From assembly GCA_035477595.1 (NCBI GenBank), contig DATIKM010000012.1, positions 9,131-73,130 of the forward strand: a DNA stretch of 64,000 nt, in the 5' to 3' direction. Source of the stretch: Chthonomonadales bacterium. GTDB lineage: Bacteria; Armatimonadota; Chthonomonadetes; Chthonomonadales; CAJBBX01. Positions 26,630 through 35,369 of this stretch are shown piece by piece. Under the pieces are notes generated by a model. The model had not been told where the DNA came from. It worked only from the letters and a program-made list of their open reading frames with translations, and made no database searches. The translations under genes and the position numbers were made by a program. How positions within the stretch are numbered: position 1 is the stretch's first letter; each line of letters starts with the position of its first letter.

Positions 26630-28516
26630 TCACCGCGCGGACGCCTCAGGGCGCGGCCGCACCGTGAGCGTGAAGTCCCCCAGAATGCTCCAGAAGTAGG
26701 CGCGCTTCCGATCGATCGGTACGCGCGCCAGCTCGGCGTCTGCCGCCTCAATGTCGAAGTAGCGGCGCCAGGCGTCGCCGACGGTGCCGCCGCCGCCCAG
26801 CGTCTTCCAGAACTCGCGCGGCTCGTCGTAGAAGACCTTGCCGCGCGCCACCAGCGCCACGCCGTCACCGTAATGCAGGAGCGCCTCGCCGAGCTGCCAG
26901 AGACCATGCTGCGGCGACGTGTAAGGCTCGGTCTCGGCCTGCCCCGGGCGAACCACCTCGCAGCCGATGTGCATGTAGATGGCCCCTGCACCCTCGCCCG
27001 ACCGGTTCTCCCAGAGCGTGCGGAGCAGGCCGAAGTGCACGTGGCCGCCGATCCCCCGCAGGGAGGGCACGAGCCTGGCGCCATCGCGGGTCCAGTACCA
27101 CACGCCGCGCGGGAAGCTTCGGTCGAGGGCGGCGGGGTCCGGCGCGGGCGCGAACTCCGACAGGGTGGGCCCGCTGTGGGCCTTCACGGAGCGGGCCGTC
27201 GCAGGAATGCGCATCCAGCTCACGAAGTCGGCGACACTCGTCTTGATGCCGGCGTGCTCCAGCCCGTGCACCGGCGCGGTGCGCCAGGCGGGAACGCCCG
27301 CGCGCATGTCCGGCACCGCGCTGCCCCACTCGGTCGAGATGCTCGCGGGCCGCGCGGCCGAGTCGAAACCCCCGGTCCGGTAGCGATGGTTGCGGTCGAG
27401 GTACGCGAGGAGGAGGCGCCGCTCCTGCGCCTCGCACGGTCTCCAGAGCGCGGTGTTCGGCGGCGCCGGGCCGGCCAGCTCGACCATCTGCGGGCGGCCG
27501 CTCGAGTCGAGCAGCCCTTCGCCCCGGACCCCGCGGATCGACGGGTCGGGCACGAGCCCGGCGCGCCGCGCGTTCAGGCGGCTCACCGCGATCTCCGGGC
27601 GCGCCAGCACGTTGGCCAGCCCGCGGTCCGCGGCGGCGCACTCGTCGTTCGGCTCGCCCCGGAACCGGAAGCGCCGCTTGCCGTCCGGCAAGGGCTCCTC
27701 TTCCCATGTGCCGTCGCCGACGAAGAAGAAGTCCTCGAACCGCGCAACGCTGTGCTCCCAGACCGTGGCGACCTCGCCCGCCGGGTCGTCCGGGAACGCC
27801 GCGGTGAAGCCCCCGAGGACCGTCGGGGGCTGGCGATAGAGCTGGTCCCATGCGCCGTCAAGGTCTGCAAGCACGATGTCGGCCGGCGAGACGAGCGGCT
27901 CCGCGATGCTGTTGACCCACGGAACGTTGTCGAACCGCACCGGGGGCCTCCCCGCGGGGTTCAGCGCGATGGCGCCGCCAGGGCGCCGCCAATAGCACTG
28001 CCTCGACAGGTAGGGGTACGGGAAGTTGCCGACCAGGATCGCGCCGGCGAGGCCCGGGTCGCGCTCCCGCACCGCACGGAGCATATCACGCAGCGCCAGC
28101 ACGATGAGCCCGTCCTGATGCCGCGGGCCCGCATACATCGATACCGACAGCGCGAACGCGTGCCACCCGTCGCGCCCGATATCTTGCACCAGCCGCCCCA
28201 GCGCCGGCCTCAGGTCGGGCCCGCCCTCGGGGTTCGCGGGCGGCAGCCAGACACGCTCCTCGACCACCACGAGCACGGTGCCCCGTCCGGCGCCGCGCGC
28301 CTCCAGGGCGCTTCCCCGCACCCCGCGACACCGCCGCAGCGACACGATCTCGGCGTGGCCGTCCCGATCGCGATCGTAGGCGGTGTAGAAGCGGCACGCG
28401 GCGTCCACAGCATCCCGCGCCCGAACGAAGGGCGTGCTGGGTGCGCCAAGCGATGGAATGCCCCACGCGAGCAGGGCAAGCGCCGCGAGCCACGGGGCTC
28501 GGCACAACCGTCTCAT
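26630..28516 (-). CDS. Secreted hypothetical protein (628 aa), family not recognised
   Basis: There is a signal peptide (MRRLCRAPWLAALALLAWGIPSLGA). An ATGA overlap couples it to the upstream beta-lactamase-fold gene. GC3 is high. See the findings for a weak clan-CD peptidase-like motif order. Confidence 0.65.
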   Translation of the reverse strand: MRRLCRAPWLAALALLAWGIPSLGAPSTPFVRARDAVDAACRFYTAYDRDRDGHAEIVSLRRCRGVRGSALEARGAGRGTVLVVVEERVWLPPANPEGGPDLRPALGRLVQDIGRDGWHAFALSVSMYAGPRHQDGLIVLALRDMLRAVRERDPGLAGAILVGNFPYPYLSRQCYWRRPGGAIALNPAGRPPVRFDNVPWVNSIAEPLVSPADIVLADLDGAWDQLYRQPPTVLGGFTAAFPDDPAGEVATVWEHSVARFEDFFFVGDGTWEEEPLPDGKRRFRFRGEPNDECAAADRGLANVLARPEIAVSRLNARRAGLVPDPSIRGVRGEGLLDSSGRPQMVELAGPAPPNTALWRPCEAQERRLLLAYLDRNHRYRTGGFDSAARPASISTEWGSAVPDMRAGVPAWRTAPVHGLEHAGIKTSVADFVSWMRIPATARSVKAHSGPTLSEFAPAPDPAALDRSFPRGVWYWTRDGARLVPSLRGIGGHVHFGLLRTLWENRSGEGAGAIYMHIGCEVVRPGQAETEPYTSPQHGLWQLGEALLHYGDGVALVARGKVFYDEPREFWKTLGGGGTVGDAWRRYFDIEAADAELARVPIDRKRAYFWSILGDFTLTVRPRPEASAR

Positions 28517-29715
28517 TCGGCTCCCTCCCGCAGGAAGCGGCCTATCGCGGCGGCGCACGCCTCATCGCACGCACGCTCGGCGGCCGGCCCGGCCGTGTTG
28601 GTGGCCGCGACGACCGCGAACCGCCGCGCCGGAGCGACCCATGCTACCGCGTAGTGGTACGTGTTGCTCCCGGCGTGGGTCAGCACCGTGCCGCCTCCCC
28701 ACGCACGCGTGGTCACCACCCAGCCCGCCGCATACTCGCCTCCCTCGGGGGGCGCCTGGAGGCGCCGCAGGGCGGACTCCTGCAGGAGGCGTCGTCCGCC
28801 CGCCATGCCGTCGCCAGCGTGGAACGCCGCGAAGAGTGCCCAATCCGCGATTGACAGATGTACGCGCCCAGCCGGCGTGATGGCAGGAGGGTTGTCCGCC
28901 AGCGGCCCCGGCGGGAGAGCAACCCGCTTGCCCCCGCGCTCCGCGTGTCCCCACGGTTGGTCCGGCTCATCGCCAAGCCGGCCAGCGGGCCCGAAGCCAG
29001 CACTCCGGATGCCGATGGGCGCCAAGACCTCACGCACGAGCAGGCTCTCGTAGCTCGCGCCGCCCGCCTGGGCCAGCATCTCACCGGCGACCGAGTACCC
29101 GGCGTTGGAGTAGACGTACCGCGAGCCGGGCTCGTAGGCGGGCGCGGCGGCCAGGTGGCGGCCCACGAAACTGCGGCGCTGTACCTGCGGATCCCGCGAG
29201 AGCATGAAGACGCCCAGACCGTCGAGGCCCGCGGGCCACGTGGCGTTGGGAAGCCCTCCGCGGTTCTGCAGCAGCATCTCGAGGGTCGCCGTGCTCCAGC
29301 CGGCGTGCATCGCCTCCGGGAGATGCGGCAGGCCCTCGGCAACAGTCGTGTCCCAGCGGATCCGGCCCCGCTCCACGAGCACCGCTGCCAACGTCGCCGT
29401 CATGGCCTTCGTGCAGGAACCTATGTGGAACCGGTCCTCCCGTGTCACCCTGACATCGTGGCCCAAGGCGCGCAGGCCCGTCGCGCCCACGGCGACTATC
29501 CTGCCATCGCGCGCGACCGCCGCCGCCAACGCCGGCACGTCCCGCGCCGCACGGATCGGCTCGAGCAGGGGCTCGAGCGCCTCGGGCGCAATCCGGCCGG
29601 GCGCGAGCAGCGCGGCAAGGACGATCAGAGCCAGCAGACACCTCCCCGGGGCGCCTTCCAGCGAGCAGCCGGCCCCGGCGCGTGGTTCGACGTCGCATCG
29701 GGCTGGTTCCTGCAT
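28513..29715 (-). CDS. Serine hydrolase of the class C beta-lactamase / DD-peptidase fold
   Basis: The SxxK motif is present (FHIGSCTKAMTA), with YSN (YVYSNAGY) and an HAG triad-like motif (LTHAGSN). There is an N-terminal hydrophobic signal/anchor. The start is uncertain. I chose the ATG at 29715, but the ORF is open to 30327. Confidence 0.8.
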   Translation of the reverse strand: MQEPARCDVEPRAGAGCSLEGAPGRCLLALIVLAALLAPGRIAPEALEPLLEPIRAARDVPALAAAVARDGRIVAVGATGLRALGHDVRVTREDRFHIGSCTKAMTATLAAVLVERGRIRWDTTVAEGLPHLPEAMHAGWSTATLEMLLQNRGGLPNATWPAGLDGLGVFMLSRDPQVQRRSFVGRHLAAAPAYEPGSRYVYSNAGYSVAGEMLAQAGGASYESLLVREVLAPIGIRSAGFGPAGRLGDEPDQPWGHAERGGKRVALPPGPLADNPPAITPAGRVHLSIADWALFAAFHAGDGMAGGRRLLQESALRRLQAPPEGGEYAAGWVVTTRAWGGGTVLTHAGSNTYHYAVAWVAPARRFAVVAATNTAGPAAERACDEACAAAIGRFLREGAE

Positions 29716-29838
29716 GGGCGCGACCCGGCAAGGCTGCCGGTGCGGCGCACGCTGATCGCAGCCGATATAAGAGGGACGGTACGCGCCGCGCCCCCACACG
29801 GAGGAGGAGCGCTGCATCGCGGCGTCGAAAGGAGTTGC

Positions 29839-30213
29839 ATGTCCGTACTCGACAGTCTGCCAATCCAGGGCGCCGGCAAGCTCACTGGAGTCTTTGGCCG
29901 CTGGCCTGACTTCCGGGGCGCCCGCGTTCTCTACGTCCGCGTGGACCGGACGGGACCGACCGTCACGGTCGCCTTCGAGCTGACCGAATGGGCGGAAGCC
30001 CATCCTGGCCAGAGGATCAATGCCTCTCTGCGCTGGATCGAGGCGACGGACCTCTCGCTCTCTGGCCTCGACCCCGAAAACGTGATCGCCGGTATGGCGC
30101 TGCGGGCCGCCGGCGACGAGGTCGAAGCGGTCATCGAGCCCGGTTCGGGGTTGCACGGACGCATCAAGGCCCGGCAACTGCGGGTGCTCGACGTCGCCAT
30201 CATCGAGCCCTGA
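29839..30213 (+). CDS. Imm50-like polymorphic-toxin immunity protein (124 aa)
   Basis: An AAAGGAG RBS lies 4-10 nt upstream of the ATG at 29839. The pattern LTGVFGRWPDFRGARVLYVRVDR...TVTVAFELTE...SLRWIEATDLSLSGLDPENVIAGMAL follows the Imm50 pattern (fG.wPsFhDAei...l.f.gv..l.l.gfn.qNvi). The assignment is from memory of the family. Confidence 0.55.
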   Translation: MSVLDSLPIQGAGKLTGVFGRWPDFRGARVLYVRVDRTGPTVTVAFELTEWAEAHPGQRINASLRWIEATDLSLSGLDPENVIAGMALRAAGDEVEAVIEPGSGLHGRIKARQLRVLDVAIIEP

Positions 30214-30262
30214 CGCGGAGCGACCCGGACCCGGCGGGTCGATTCCGGACGTCGAGGACCAC

Positions 30263-30658
30263 GTGGAGTTCAGCTCGCAGACCAACCGCGACGCCCTGCG
30301 GCAGATCGCGCGCCGCATCCGCGCCACGAATCTCGGCGTGCTGTTCGCGGCCGCGGTCCCCTACCGGCACGAGGGCGCCCACCCGCACGCTCAGCCCTGC
30401 CGCGTCCGCTACAGCGCCAGTCCAACCTCATGCCACTGGGCTGAGATCATGCTCGGACGCTTCACGGGGCACATGAGCCAAACAGAGGCCCAGGCGCTCG
30501 CAAGGCACTGCAGGCGCACGGGACATGCCTTCGTGCTGACCCGCCGGACGTACCCCGACTGGGACGTGGCGCCGGACGCACCCGCGTCTGCGCAGTCCAG
30601 CGCGCGGAACGCGCCTTCGGCCTGGTCGCCGCGATGGTCGCCCGATACCGCGAGCTGA
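30263..30658 (+). CDS. Hypothetical protein (131 aa, GTG start); coding status uncertain
   Basis: GC3 is high over the first ~45 codons and lower afterwards. I found no convincing RBS and recognised no family. Confidence 0.3.
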   Translation: MEFSSQTNRDALRQIARRIRATNLGVLFAAAVPYRHEGAHPHAQPCRVRYSASPTSCHWAEIMLGRFTGHMSQTEAQALARHCRRTGHAFVLTRRTYPDWDVAPDAPASAQSSARNAPSAWSPRWSPDTAS

Positions 30659-30712
30659 CCCAGCGGCAGTCGCCTCTACGCAGCCCGCCCATACTGCACG
30701 GAGGGCATCGCG

Positions 30713-33493
30713 ATGGCCCCGTTCCTGGTCGACACCGCACTCGTCGCAACGGTCTGCGCGCTGCCCGGCGCGCCGGCGCCGATGCTCGCCCTCGACACGC
30801 CCGCCCCCTGCGCCATCAGGCTCGGCGGCGAGCTGGGCCGGCGCCTGGAGGCCAACGTCGTGAGTTGGCTCCTGCCCGCGCCGGATGCGAACCCCGGCCT
30901 GCTGGCGATGATGCGCGTCCGCGACCGGGAGCCAGCGCCGCAGATCATGCCGTGGGCGGGCGAGTTCGTCGGCAAGTACCTGCTGGCGGCGATCGGCGCC
31001 CTCCGTACCACGGACGACCCCAGGTTACGCGCGACCGTCCGGCGGGTCGTGCACGACCTCCTCGCGACGCAGGCGGAGGACGGTTACCTCGGGCCCTTCC
31101 CGCGTGCTCAGCGCCTGCGGGGCAACTGGGACCTCTGGGGCCACTACCACTGCATGCTCGCCCTGATGGACTGGTACGAGGCGACGGGCGATCGCGGCGC
31201 GCTCCGCGCCTGCCGGCGGGCGGCGGCCCTCATGCGGCGGACCTTCGACGGCAAGCCTCTGCGCGTCTACGACGCCGGCTCGCACGAGATGAACATGGCA
31301 GTGCACCATGCGCTGGCCCGCCTGCACCGTCTGACCGGCGACCGCGACGCGCTCGCCCTGGCCCGCGACGTCGAGGCGGACTGGGAGCGCGCCGGCGACT
31401 ACCTCCGAACGGGCATCGCCGCTATGCCGTTCTACCGCACCCCGCGTCCGCGCTGGGAGAGCCTGCCCAACCTTCAGGGGCTGCTCGAGATGCACCGCAT
31501 CACGGGCGGCCCGGCCTACCGCACGGCGCTGCTGAACCACTGGCGCAGCATCCTCCGCTACGACGTGCACAACACAGGAGGCTTCTCGACCAATGAGCAG
31601 GCCTCCGGCAACCCGTACGCTCAGGGCGCCATCGAGACATGCTGCGTCATCGCGTGGATGGCGCTCTCGGTGGATGCGCTCCGGCTCACCGGCGACCCGC
31701 TCGTGGCGGACGAGCTGGAGCGAACAACCCTCAACGCCGCGCTGGGCGCCCAGCACCCGTCGGGCCGTTGGTGGACCTACAACACGCCGATGGACGGCGT
31801 GCGCGAGGCATCTGCCCACTCGATAGTGTTCCAGGCGAGGCCAGGCACGCCGGAGCTGAACTGCTGTTCCGTCAACGCGCCGCGCGCCCTCGGGATGCTC
31901 GCCGACTGGGCCGTGATGTCCTCGCGGCGCGGTCTGGCGGTGATGTGGCTGGGTCCGGGCCGCTGGAGAGGGCGCGCTCCGGACGGCACGCCGGTGGAGT
32001 TGGTCTGGCGGACCAGCTACCCGCTCCGGGGCGACGTTCGCATCGAGGTCCGGCCCCGCCGGCCCGTATCCTTCGAACTGGCGGTGCGCGTGCCGGCGTG
32101 GGCCGCCGGCGCCACAGGAGCAGGTGTGGGCGGCCAGGCCCGGCCCCTCGTCGCGGGCTCGATGTGGACCACGCGGCGCATCTGGCGTTCGGGCGACGCG
32201 CTGACGCTGCGTCTGCCGATGCGCGTGCGAGCGGTCGCGGGCGACCGCGAGGCGGCCGGGCGCGTCTCGCTCTTCCGCGGGCCGCTCCTGCTGGCCTGGG
32301 ACCAGGCGCACTCGTCGGTTGACGAGGAGCGCCTGCCGGCGATCGACGTGGCGAAGCTGTCCCGCGCGCGCGTAGTGCCTTCCGCGCCCGCACTGGGCCT
32401 GCGGGCGACCGGTCCGCGCCCGTGGCTTCTCGTGGAGCTCGCCACTGTGGAGGGCGGCGTGCTGCGCCTTTGCGACTTCGCATCGGCGGGCGCCGCCGGC
32501 ACACGCTACCGGTCATGGCTGCCCGCTGCCTCCGCACCCCCGCCGCCGCCCATGCCTCTCCGCCCGTGGGATGGCGCGAAGGCGCCGCCCGGCCCGGCGG
32601 TGCTGCAGTGGCGTTCCGGAAGCGCGAGCGCCGAGCCGGAGGCGCGCTTCGTGGTCGAGGTCGCCGCCACGCCGCGTTTTGCCTCGCCGATCTACCGCGC
32701 GGAGGCGATCGCCGAGCGCCGCCACGTTCTTGCCGGCGCGTGGCTCGCGGCGCAGCGACCCGGCCGAACCTACTGGTGGCGCGTGGGCGCCATGGCGCCG
32801 TCGGGTCGGGTCGTGTGGAACGAGGGGCCGCCGATGCGGTTCACGGTGGACGCCTCTCTGCCACCGCTGACCGCTGAGGAGCTGGCGCCCAGGGCGCGCC
32901 CGGATGCCGCTCTCGTCACCGACGCGCTGCGGGGGCGCCCGGCGCCGGAACGCGGGCGCCTCCAGAGCGCCGCCGGGTGGGCGCCCGATGGCCCCGACGC
33001 CGTGCGGACCAACGGCACGGACGGCCTACTGGTCTATGAGGTGCCCGGCGACTTCCCCGATGAGGAACACACGGTTCGCATTCGCGTGCGGGTCGAGTCG
33101 ATGCCCGGCGCGCGGACGGCTCAGATAGTCAGCGCGTGGTGCGCACCCATGGACGACCCGGTGCGCGTGTGCATCGACAACGGCAGGCTCTACGCGCGGA
33201 TCGAGGCGGGCGCCGGGTACAGCACGCCGGGGGTCGACATCGAGGCCGGGCGCTGGTACGCACTGGCACTGGTGAAGTCCGGCGCCGAGATGACCCTCTA
33301 CGTGGACGGCCGCGCGGCCAGCCGAAGCCCGGCGCCCACGAGCCTCTTCTCGTCGTCGCGGGCCATCGCGGTAGGTGGCAACCCGCTCTACCGGGGCACG
33401 ACCGAGTTCCTCCATGCGTCCTTCGCTGACTTCGCGCTGCTTGGGCGGGCGATGAGCGCGGAGGAGGTGGCCGCCTGGGCGGGCGCCCGGTGA
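30713..33493 (+). CDS. GH127-family beta-L-arabinofuranosidase-like enzyme (DUF1680) with a Pro-rich linker, a middle domain and a C-terminal LamG/concanavalin-like domain
   Basis: GH127 hallmarks are present (GEFVGKYLLAA...WDLWGHYHCMLAL...NTGGFSTNEQ...IETCCVIAWMAL...ELNCCSVNAPRAL). The C-terminus (WYALALVKSGAEMTLYVDGRAA...FADFALLGRAMSAEEV) is Laminin_G_3-like. Confidence 0.85.
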   Translation: MAPFLVDTALVATVCALPGAPAPMLALDTPAPCAIRLGGELGRRLEANVVSWLLPAPDANPGLLAMMRVRDREPAPQIMPWAGEFVGKYLLAAIGALRTTDDPRLRATVRRVVHDLLATQAEDGYLGPFPRAQRLRGNWDLWGHYHCMLALMDWYEATGDRGALRACRRAAALMRRTFDGKPLRVYDAGSHEMNMAVHHALARLHRLTGDRDALALARDVEADWERAGDYLRTGIAAMPFYRTPRPRWESLPNLQGLLEMHRITGGPAYRTALLNHWRSILRYDVHNTGGFSTNEQASGNPYAQGAIETCCVIAWMALSVDALRLTGDPLVADELERTTLNAALGAQHPSGRWWTYNTPMDGVREASAHSIVFQARPGTPELNCCSVNAPRALGMLADWAVMSSRRGLAVMWLGPGRWRGRAPDGTPVELVWRTSYPLRGDVRIEVRPRRPVSFELAVRVPAWAAGATGAGVGGQARPLVAGSMWTTRRIWRSGDALTLRLPMRVRAVAGDREAAGRVSLFRGPLLLAWDQAHSSVDEERLPAIDVAKLSRARVVPSAPALGLRATGPRPWLLVELATVEGGVLRLCDFASAGAAGTRYRSWLPAASAPPPPPMPLRPWDGAKAPPGPAVLQWRSGSASAEPEARFVVEVAATPRFASPIYRAEAIAERRHVLAGAWLAAQRPGRTYWWRVGAMAPSGRVVWNEGPPMRFTVDASLPPLTAEELAPRARPDAALVTDALRGRPAPERGRLQSAAGWAPDGPDAVRTNGTDGLLVYEVPGDFPDEEHTVRIRVRVESMPGARTAQIVSAWCAPMDDPVRVCIDNGRLYARIEAGAGYSTPGVDIEAGRWYALALVKSGAEMTLYVDGRAASRSPAPTSLFSSSRAIAVGGNPLYRGTTEFLHASFADFALLGRAMSAEEVAAWAGAR

Positions 33494-33578
33494 AACGCAC
33501 CGCGCAGCGGCTATATCAGTGGCACGGCTCGGTCACCCCCGGCCTCGCTATCCCCACGGACCCTATGGAGCAGATGCG

Positions 33579-35369
33579 ATGATGATTGCTGCGCTGGCGC
33601 TTCTTGCCCCCTCGCCGCCGCCGATCTACGCCGACTATGCTGGACGGCCGTTTGTGACGCAGCGCGCGCCCGTACTGCGGTTCCAGCGGCGCCGAGCCCC
33701 GCTGCCGTACGGCATCGACTACCCGTTCCCCGAACAGACCGCGCGCGGCGTCGCACTGCTCCGGCGGTTCCCTCCCTTCAGCCTGAGCGACCGGCGCATC
33801 TTCGTCGGCGGGCCCTGGTACTCCACGCCCGAGGCCAACCTGCACTTCAGCCGCGGCATCACCGCCATCGATGCCTTCCCGAACTTCCGGCTCGACGGCA
33901 GCCTGACGGACGTGCGCGACCTGCCACGTGAGCGCAAGCTGCAGATGGTGTACGACCCGCTTGCGTGGGAGACCGCCAACCGCCTCGCGAACGAACTCGA
34001 GGCCGCCGACCCGCGCGACGAGCGCATTGCACCACTGCGGACGTTCGGCACGGAGCACCGCTTTACGCCCCACGAAGCTGCGTTCCGGGCGCTTGGCAGG
34101 CGCCTCTGGGAGCTTGAGCGACACCCGACCGACCGCCGGGGGCAGGGAGTTGCCTATGTCTGCCTCAACATCGAGTATACGGGCGGCTGGGAGCACCAGC
34201 GAGCCTGCTTCGGCTGGATCTACCAGGGCATGGCTAAGGCCGCCGCGGCGCATGGGCTACGCATCGTGCCGATCATCTACGGGCAGTGGACCTTCTGCGT
34301 GGGACTCGTCCATCAGTCGGTGCGCGACCCCCGCACCGGGCTGCCGGAGTACCTGCTGCCCGAGCGCGACTACCTGGCTGCACCCGACCCGACGCTCGAG
34401 GCCGTTCAGGCGCACGACGGCGTCGTGTCGATGGACGGCTACCTGCGGGCGATCTGGGGACGCGAGCCGTTCTACCAGCGCGATGCCAACGGCGCCCTTC
34501 TGCTGCGCGACGGCCGGCCGGTGCCCAGCGAGATCAGCGCCACAACCGCCTACGGCCAGCGCATACCCCTGGAGCCAGGCGAGGCGGAGCGCTGCCTGCA
34601 GGACCTCTACCGCCAGGCAGGGCGCCTGCTCGAGCTGCACTTCCGACTGGCTGGCGGGTACGCCGAGTCGAGTGCCGTGCGCAAGCCGTTCCTGAGCCGC
34701 GCGCGCGTCGGCGCGTGGACACGTATCACGAACGAAGGGCTGGAGGGCATCCAGGCCAACGATCGGCCGCTGCCGCCGTGGCTCCTCGAGACTCTCATGC
34801 TCCTCTACCTCTTCACCGCCGACGACATCGTCGTCTGGTCGTCCGACTTCAACCATCCTCCGCAGCCGCTGGGCGCCGACAACTCCCGCACGTGGCGGTA
34901 CAACGCGCACGGCGTGCTCGAGCATGTCGTCAAAGCGGCGCATCGCTACAGCGCCCTGGACCCCATCCGCCGCGGCGCGTTCCGGTGGTGCTGGTTCCGC
35001 CTGCCGATGGTGGACCGCAATGAGGTCGAGGGCGAGCGGTACGTGGAGAAGCCACTGGCCATCGCGAAGCTGCGCACCTATCGCGGCAGGCCGTGGATCG
35101 AGATGTTCGCCGCATGGCCCGCGCTCGACGATCAGGCTGCCACGCTCCACCTCTGGGTCGAGCGCGGAGGGCGCCGCTCGCCGACCTACGCCATCAGGCT
35201 CCGCGACGGCCGCACCAGCTTCCTGGACGCGTGGGAGCTGCCCGCCGCGTTCGACGGAGCAGGGGCCGCCGACGTGCGGCTGCGCTTCACGGACCTTCTG
35301 GGGCGCGAGCGGACCTGGAGCGGCGACTGGCGCGACCCCGCCGTCGTGCGGCCCGGCCGTCAGAAGTAG
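33579..35369 (+). CDS. Hypothetical protein (596 aa), family not recognised
   Basis: The ORF is long with high GC3. GGAG lies 8 nt upstream of the ATG at 33579, and the ORF is open from 33519. The weakly hydrophobic N-terminus is MMIAALALLAPS. Confidence 0.6.
   Translation: MMIAALALLAPSPPPIYADYAGRPFVTQRAPVLRFQRRRAPLPYGIDYPFPEQTARGVALLRRFPPFSLSDRRIFVGGPWYSTPEANLHFSRGITAIDAFPNFRLDGSLTDVRDLPRERKLQMVYDPLAWETANRLANELEAADPRDERIAPLRTFGTEHRFTPHEAAFRALGRRLWELERHPTDRRGQGVAYVCLNIEYTGGWEHQRACFGWIYQGMAKAAAAHGLRIVPIIYGQWTFCVGLVHQSVRDPRTGLPEYLLPERDYLAAPDPTLEAVQAHDGVVSMDGYLRAIWGREPFYQRDANGALLLRDGRPVPSEISATTAYGQRIPLEPGEAERCLQDLYRQAGRLLELHFRLAGGYAESSAVRKPFLSRARVGAWTRITNEGLEGIQANDRPLPPWLLETLMLLYLFTADDIVVWSSDFNHPPQPLGADNSRTWRYNAHGVLEHVVKAAHRYSALDPIRRGAFRWCWFRLPMVDRNEVEGERYVEKPLAIAKLRTYRGRPWIEMFAAWPALDDQAATLHLWVERGGRRSPTYAIRLRDGRTSFLDAWELPAAFDGAGAADVRLRFTDLLGRERTWSGDWRDPAVVRPGRQK

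Noticed and set aside
26333-28654. 773-aa plus-strand ORF, together with similar long shadow ORFs (19476..20984, 19843..21924, 23910..25460, 39940..41937, 44458..46362, 47144..48772, 55910..57742, 58246..59973, 60070..61710)
   Set aside because: All are antisense or out of frame relative to genes with clear family motifs. All translate to Arg/Gly/Pro/Ala-rich low-complexity sequence, as expected for stop-poor alternative frames at about 70% GC.
28858-29838. The first 327 codons of the 451-aa plus-strand ORF 28858..30213
   Set aside because: This part is antisense to the beta-lactamase-fold gene. Only the last 124 codons (29839..30213), which have their own RBS and ATG and Imm50-like sequence, are credible.
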